DNA of 64,000 nucleotides from a virus (Duplodnaviria; Heunggongvirae; Uroviricota; Caudoviricetes): IMG/VR virus record IMGVR_UViG_642979322_000011; one strand, 5' to 3'. Shown piece by piece: positions 58,846 to 64,000 of this stretch (position 1 is its first letter; each line of letters starts with the position of its first letter). The notes under the pieces were generated by a model. It saw only the letters and a program-made list of their open reading frames with translations, ran no database searches and was not told where the DNA came from. The position numbers and the translations under genes were made by a program.

Positions 58846-60111
58846 ATGAGCGGATTTGCACAGGGGTTACTTGCCGGATTCAGCACCGTTGACCAGGCAA
58901 TGACCCGTCGTAAGGAGCTTGGTCTGCGTGAAGCACAGCTTGCCCGGCAACAGAAAAATAACGAGCGCGATTTTGAGTTTGCGCAGTCTCAGTTTGAACA
59001 TAATAAAAACGTTGATCAGCGGAACTTTGATTACAGAGCCAAAGTTGACGACCGTAATTATGCACTGAAGGAGAGGGAGTTTAACGCTAACCAGAATTAC
59101 CGGAATGCGTCACTGGGTATGGAGCAGCAGCGACTCCAGTTGCAGAAATACAACCAGCGACGGCTTGAGTATAACGATATGATTGCCCATAGCCAGCCAC
59201 TAATGGAAGCGCTTGGAAAAGCAATTGAGGCTGGCGATCAGGAGGCTGCAACGCGTCTGTTCGGGCAGCTGCCAAAGGGACATCCATTAATTCTTATGTC
59301 AAACGAAGGCTATGCAGCGAAAGCGGGTCAGGCCGTGATCAACCTGCAAAAAATCTTTGGTGATAAGCCGGACATGGCGATCGATTCGCTGAATACCCCG
59401 GAAAATCTCGATGTGCTTTCCGGCGTGTTTGCCCCGGAACTACAACAGCGTATTGGCATGCCTGATTCAACCGGGGACAAAACGATAAAAGAGGCCAGGA
59501 TTGGCAGTATCGTACCAGCGCAGCAGGAAGGGTACGTACTTATTGGCCTTGATCTCACATACAGCGATGGCTCCACCGCGCATAAACCTGTAACAGAATA
59601 CGGCAGTGCGCACCCTGATGATCAAACCGTGCTGGCGATACCCGTTGATAAGGCTATCGCTCAGGTCAGGGATCGCAGCAAATTTGCAGAGATATCGAAA
59701 AATTATGGTTATTTTATGCCGAAGCAGCAGGGACTTTCTCTGAAAGAGCTTCAGAAGGGGGCCAGCAACGTAGCGGCGGACGCGATCAAGAATGGCGGTA
59801 ATGCTCAGGCTGCGGTGGATGAATATTATGCTGCGACTGGTTCACAACCGCATCAACAGAAAATTCAGCAACAAAAACTTCAGCAACAGGTTATCAACTG
59901 GGCGGGAGATGATCCTGATAAGCTGTCATTTGCCAGAAATGTAGCGGCCCGTCAGCCTGAAATGCTGGAACCTCAGAATCAGAAATTGCTGGAGAACGGG
60001 TATGCGAATTTTCTCCGTATTCAAAAGGCCAGGGGGGAACAGGCCAGAGATGAAAGTGCTTCATCTGCATCTCAGTTTATCCGTGGACTGAAACAGAATT
60101 ACGCCCAGTAA
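58846..60111 (+). CDS. Phage internal virion-like protein
   Basis: Coupled ORF; Q-rich. Confidence 0.45.
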   Translation: MSGFAQGLLAGFSTVDQAMTRRKELGLREAQLARQQKNNERDFEFAQSQFEHNKNVDQRNFDYRAKVDDRNYALKEREFNANQNYRNASLGMEQQRLQLQKYNQRRLEYNDMIAHSQPLMEALGKAIEAGDQEAATRLFGQLPKGHPLILMSNEGYAAKAGQAVINLQKIFGDKPDMAIDSLNTPENLDVLSGVFAPELQQRIGMPDSTGDKTIKEARIGSIVPAQQEGYVLIGLDLTYSDGSTAHKPVTEYGSAHPDDQTVLAIPVDKAIAQVRDRSKFAEISKNYGYFMPKQQGLSLKELQKGASNVAADAIKNGGNAQAAVDEYYAATGSQPHQQKIQQQKLQQQVINWAGDDPDKLSFARNVAARQPEMLEPQNQKLLENGYANFLRIQKARGEQARDESASSASQFIRGLKQNYAQ

Positions 60112-60144
60112 TTCACGATATTCCATTAATACCATTTCCTGATG

Positions 60145-60169
60145 CCCGGCCATTGTGCCGGGTTTTTTT
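60145..60169 (+). terminator. Rho-independent terminator
   Basis: CCCGGC-6nt-GCCGGG followed by T7. Confidence 0.55.
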
Positions 60170-60180
60170 ATGGAGTCTGT

Positions 60181-63100
60181 ATGGCCTATTCAGAGGAACA
60201 GCGTCCTGAGGCGCAACTCGGTAACCAGAATCGTAACAGCCTGAACATTCAGCAACCCGGCGAAACTGACAGCTATGAAGCATTTTTCTCTGATCCGAAT
60301 CGCTGGAAGGATAACAGTACGTCGTTCAGCCTGGGCGATGTATTGCCAACAATGGGTAAAGGTTTCGCCCAGTCCGTCCGGGGAACAGGGGAAATGGCCC
60401 GTGGACTCGGTGATGCGATGATTCAGAGCCCGGTAAAAACAGGGGCGCGTATTTTAAATGAGTTCAGCCGTATGGGGCTGCCGGGTGTCGCAACTGTGCA
60501 GGATATTTTTGCCGGTGGCAGCAGGGGGGCTGATGAGGTCATCGATACCCTGCCTGATGGCAAAAACGCGGTTACTGATACTGTCGGTAAAGGTCTGAAG
60601 GCAACCGGTAAGGCTGTCAGTGATGGTGCCAAAGCCACTGATGAATGGCTGACCGGTAAGATGTCGCCGGGTGCAGTTCGTGCGCTGAATACGCCGATGA
60701 CCGAAGGCTATAATGATTCTGCGGTCTGGGTGGCGAAGGGTGTAAACCTGATTGGTGCGCTTGTACCTGATATGGTTGCTGGCGGTGTGGCTAGAAAGGT
60801 GGGTGATGTCACACTGCGAAAAATGCTGACCGCCGGGCTGGAGAAAAAATACATCGCGGCAGGGATGCAGCCGGAAAGAGCCACGGCACTGGCAGCAGAA
60901 GCTGTCGATAAAAAAATGCCGGATTTATTCCAGGCGGGCCTGATCACCCATTCCACTGTAAGTGCACAGGGGCAGAGTGCAATGGCGGCAGCAGATGCTG
61001 TTCTTAATGCTGATTACTCTGAGCTGGCGCAGTCACCGAAATTTCAGCAGACGTTTTTGTCCATTGACGCCGACCCGCAGCACGCACAGCTTACTGATCG
61101 CCAGAAAATGGATCTGGCAAAAGAGCGTGTTGCCGATGAGGTGCGCGCGCAGCTGGCAACCGATCCTGAATTGCTGGCTGTGAATGCCATGGCGGCAAAA
61201 CTGGGTGACGCACAACTGTTTAATCTGGTGACACGAGGCACAGCGAAGACCGTTAAAAGCGGCATTGTCAGAAATGCCACGGAACAGGGGGCGATTAATG
61301 CGGCGCAGGGCGGCTATTCACGCTATCAGGAAAACACGGCATTGCGTGAGACCGCCGGAATGGGTGTGTCACCGTGGGAGGGCGTGGCTGACGCAACGAT
61401 CGAAGGTGCAGCCTTTGGTGCTGCGATGGGGGCTCCATTCGGTGCGGTTGCCGGATATCGTGGCAGACGTCAGGCCGCAGAAGAAACCGCCATGCGTGAT
61501 GCTGAAACCGTGCAGCAGGACGACGCAGCCCCGCAACCAGAATCTGTTGATCCGGTGGCGCAGCAGCGTGAATCCATGCAGGGCATGAATCGCGAGCAGC
61601 TTCTGGAGCAGTATGCTGATGCGGATATGGCAACAGAGGGTGACGCATCCGCAGCTCATCGCCGGGAAGCTGCCAGCCAGTTGTTGAATGAACTGGACGA
61701 ACAGACGAAGCGACAGGCTGTGATGAATGAGCTGAAGGCGAAGCCGCGTTCTGAACTGCTTGAGGAATACCGCAGACTCAGCCAGAAAGAGGGGCGCACC
61801 GAGACTGAAGAACAACAGTTTCAGGCAATACGAGAAGTCATTCGCCCACAACAGGAAGTGACGCCGGAAGCACAGTCACAGCCTGAAAATGCGGAGGATG
61901 GTAACGGGAGCATTTACCCGACGGTGCGGTTCCGGGACCCGAATGAAGTCCGCATTGAAATTAACGGGAATGGTGCGTCCAGACCAGCGGAACGCATTGA
62001 GAAGGTGCGCCCGGACAACCGTTATTTCACGGATGAGAAAAGCGCCATGGGGAGTGATGTTTTCCGTAATGCCGCCGCCACCGGCCTGAAACCGTCCGTA
62101 GTGAAGAAAGGCGAGAATCAGTATGCCGTTGAAATGGATAATCCTGCGTTCTCTGAAGATGTGGCAACGGAAACCATTAACACCCTGGCTGACGGAGAGC
62201 GTATTGCTGATGCTGACCCGATGGAGCAGCCCGCGTTCATGCGTGACCCGCGATTCCGTGGTTTCACGGGGGATGATACGGAGGTACAGGCCCGCCTTGC
62301 CCGTGGCAACGCGCCGACGGCAGAGGAGCTTGTACGTTCACAGATGGCTGAAGGTGATGCCGGTCCGACAGCACAGGAGTTAACTGAGCGTCCACGCCTG
62401 CCCGCTCCCGGCGATATTCATCCCGGACAGGGATATCCGTTACCGGGAGAAGTGGCGCGTACGCCGGATGAAAATCAGGCCGGACGTGGTGGTCGTTTTA
62501 CCACAACCGGTGAGGTTAAGGGCCAGAGTTTCCAGAAAGGACAAGCTCCGGCACCGGAAAACGCCGCTGGTCGCCAGGGGGAAACACTCGAGGGTGACAT
62601 GGTTCGTCGTGGTCTGCCGTCACCGGATGCGCAGAACGCGACAGCACCGGTACGTGAAGGGCTACCGGCTCCTGACATTGCGCGTAATGTTCGTATGCCT
62701 CAGCCTGAATCACTTCCCCGCACTGTACGGGACTCACTGCCTGAGCTTGCACAGCAGGCAGAAGTACGCCGACAGGCCGGAGGAAATCGTGACATCCCGC
62801 AGCCTGAGACAATCGCACCTGAATCTGAAACAACTGTCTCTACTGACAGGGAAGCTACCGTGCGCGGAGGTGAAGTCAGGGGCAAAAAAATTGAAGACTT
62901 TGGTGAAGAAATTAAGGGCGCGGCAAAACACCGTTATGCACAGCTTGCTGAAACACTGGGTAAAACGCTGGAAGACAGGGATTATGCCACGCAGCCGCTG
63001 AGCAAACTGTTCCCGAAACCGGACTACGCAAAACTGGCGAACGAAGGTGCTGATGCTGATACCCTGGCAATGATAGCGCTGTATCGTAGCGATATTCCGG

Positions 63101-64000
63101 CGAAGACGAAACACAATACGGCAGGCTGGGGGGAGAGCATAAAAAAAGTACGACACAGTGTATCGGAAATGCTGAACGGAACGGTCAGCGCGAAACGCCT
63201 CGCAGAATGGATGGAAGGCAGAATGCCCTCCCGTTACGCGGATACCTGGCAACTGTTACGCACTCTGCCACCCTCACAGATGGACAGGGCTTCTGCTTAT
63301 CGGGTGGTATCGGGTGTGTATCAGGCGGCAGGAGGGAAGCGTTACGATCCGCCACAGAAACTTTATTCACTGCGCAATAAGGACAATAAGGGGAGTAACC
63401 TCTTTTTCTCGGAAAGCAGGGATGAATTACTGGCAAAGGCGAAAGTCTGGTTTGCAGAGCAGGAGGAAAAATCACAGGCGAAAGGTGATGAAAAAACAGC
63501 ACCGTCACCGGATGACAAAATCCGCTTTGACGTTTACCGGAATACCCGCAGTGGCGATATTTTTATCGCTTACGGTAAAAACAAAATGCGGGTGAGAGGT
63601 GGCTTTAAGTCAGCCAGTGATGCGCGTAAGTACATTGATTCACATCGTGATGAGCTTGTTCGTCATGTGAAGGAGATGCGGGAGATTTCGCGTGAGGAGC
63701 AGCGCAACGCCACCAACCGCGACCGTACCGGACCAGAACGCCGCAAGGGGAATGTTTCACCGGAGCAGTTCAGTGATGCGTTTGGTTTCCGTGGTGTGCA
63801 GTTTGGTAACTACGTGGAAGGTCCGCGTCGTCAGGCTGATTTGAACCGGGCTTATGACTCGCTGCATGACCTTGCGGAAGTACTGAATGTACCGACAAAA
63901 GCGCTTTCCCTGAACGGTCGTCTTGGCCTGGCATTTGGTGCCCGTGGTAAGGGTAAGGCGGCGGCACACTATGAGTCAGGTGAGGTGGCAATCAACCTGA
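60181..64000 (+). CDS. Very large phage protein, 3'-truncated by window end (at least 1273 codons)
   Basis: Frame 1 open from ATG 60181 to the window end (spot-checked); absent from ORF track, presumably because no stop is reached. Confidence 0.6.
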   Translation, partial: MAYSEEQRPEAQLGNQNRNSLNIQQPGETDSYEAFFSDPNRWKDNSTSFSLGDVLPTMGKGFAQSVRGTGEMARGLGDAMIQSPVKTGARILNEFSRMGLPGVATVQDIFAGGSRGADEVIDTLPDGKNAVTDTVGKGLKATGKAVSDGAKATDEWLTGKMSPGAVRALNTPMTEGYNDSAVWVAKGVNLIGALVPDMVAGGVARKVGDVTLRKMLTAGLEKKYIAAGMQPERATALAAEAVDKKMPDLFQAGLITHSTVSAQGQSAMAAADAVLNADYSELAQSPKFQQTFLSIDADPQHAQLTDRQKMDLAKERVADEVRAQLATDPELLAVNAMAAKLGDAQLFNLVTRGTAKTVKSGIVRNATEQGAINAAQGGYSRYQENTALRETAGMGVSPWEGVADATIEGAAFGAAMGAPFGAVAGYRGRRQAAEETAMRDAETVQQDDAAPQPESVDPVAQQRESMQGMNREQLLEQYADADMATEGDASAAHRREAASQLLNELDEQTKRQAVMNELKAKPRSELLEEYRRLSQKEGRTETEEQQFQAIREVIRPQQEVTPEAQSQPENAEDGNGSIYPTVRFRDPNEVRIEINGNGASRPAERIEKVRPDNRYFTDEKSAMGSDVFRNAAATGLKPSVVKKGENQYAVEMDNPAFSEDVATETINTLADGERIADADPMEQPAFMRDPRFRGFTGDDTEVQARLARGNAPTAEELVRSQMAEGDAGPTAQELTERPRLPAPGDIHPGQGYPLPGEVARTPDENQAGRGGRFTTTGEVKGQSFQKGQAPAPENAAGRQGETLEGDMVRRGLPSPDAQNATAPVREGLPAPDIARNVRMPQPESLPRTVRDSLPELAQQAEVRRQAGGNRDIPQPETIAPESETTVSTDREATVRGGEVRGKKIEDFGEEIKGAAKHRYAQLAETLGKTLEDRDYATQPLSKLFPKPDYAKLANEGADADTLAMIALYRSDIPAKTKHNTAGWGESIKKVRHSVSEMLNGTVSAKRLAEWMEGRMPSRYADTWQLLRTLPPSQMDRASAYRVVSGVYQAAGGKRYDPPQKLYSLRNKDNKGSNLFFSESRDELLAKAKVWFAEQEEKSQAKGDEKTAPSPDDKIRFDVYRNTRSGDIFIAYGKNKMRVRGGFKSASDARKYIDSHRDELVRHVKEMREISREEQRNATNRDRTGPERRKGNVSPEQFSDAFGFRGVQFGNYVEGPRRQADLNRAYDSLHDLAEVLNVPTKALSLNGRLGLAFGARGKGKAAAHYESGEVAINL

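Overview
This window reads as the argW (tRNA-Arg CCU) prophage hotspot of an enterobacterial chromosome, most likely Shiga-toxigenic Escherichia coli. Positions 1-7464 hold a degraded mobile-element remnant ending in an IntS-type integrase directly 3' of argW: an AT-rich orphan gene, a relaxase fragment, a tail-fibre fragment, frameshifted virion-protein genes and an O-antigen acetylase fragment. Positions 7541-64000 hold a nearly complete Stx2-converting lambdoid prophage, truncated by the window end. It carries a second integrase and an AlpA-like gene, a leftward early region (Exo/Bet recombination genes, two Rha/ORF6N antirepressor-like genes, an orphan MT-A70 methyltransferase, and a type II restriction-modification pair where lambda has N), a cI/cro immunity switch, helicase-primase replication genes, NinG/NinH and a 933W/phage 21-type Q, followed by tR' terminators, three phage tRNAs, stx2A/stx2B and nanS-p. 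The late region has a pinholin/SAR-endolysin/Rz/Rz1 lysis cassette interrupted by antirepressor-like morons and a complete IS629 with a 3-bp target duplication, then terminase, portal, capsid, a collagen-like tail fibre, lom, a hok-like small toxin gene and internal virion proteins. The most interesting candidates for something undescribed are a plus-strand ParD-like/small lipoprotein/HigA-like cassette inside the early operon, the AT-rich 470-aa orphan gene at the window start, and the hok-like locus. Four reading-frame breaks inside otherwise intact phage genes all fall in homopolymer runs, so they may be sequencing artefacts rather than biology. All protein identifications are from recalled family motifs and gene order, not from database searches. 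ORF-track starts include GTG/TTG, so several starts were re-chosen at ATG/RBS positions.
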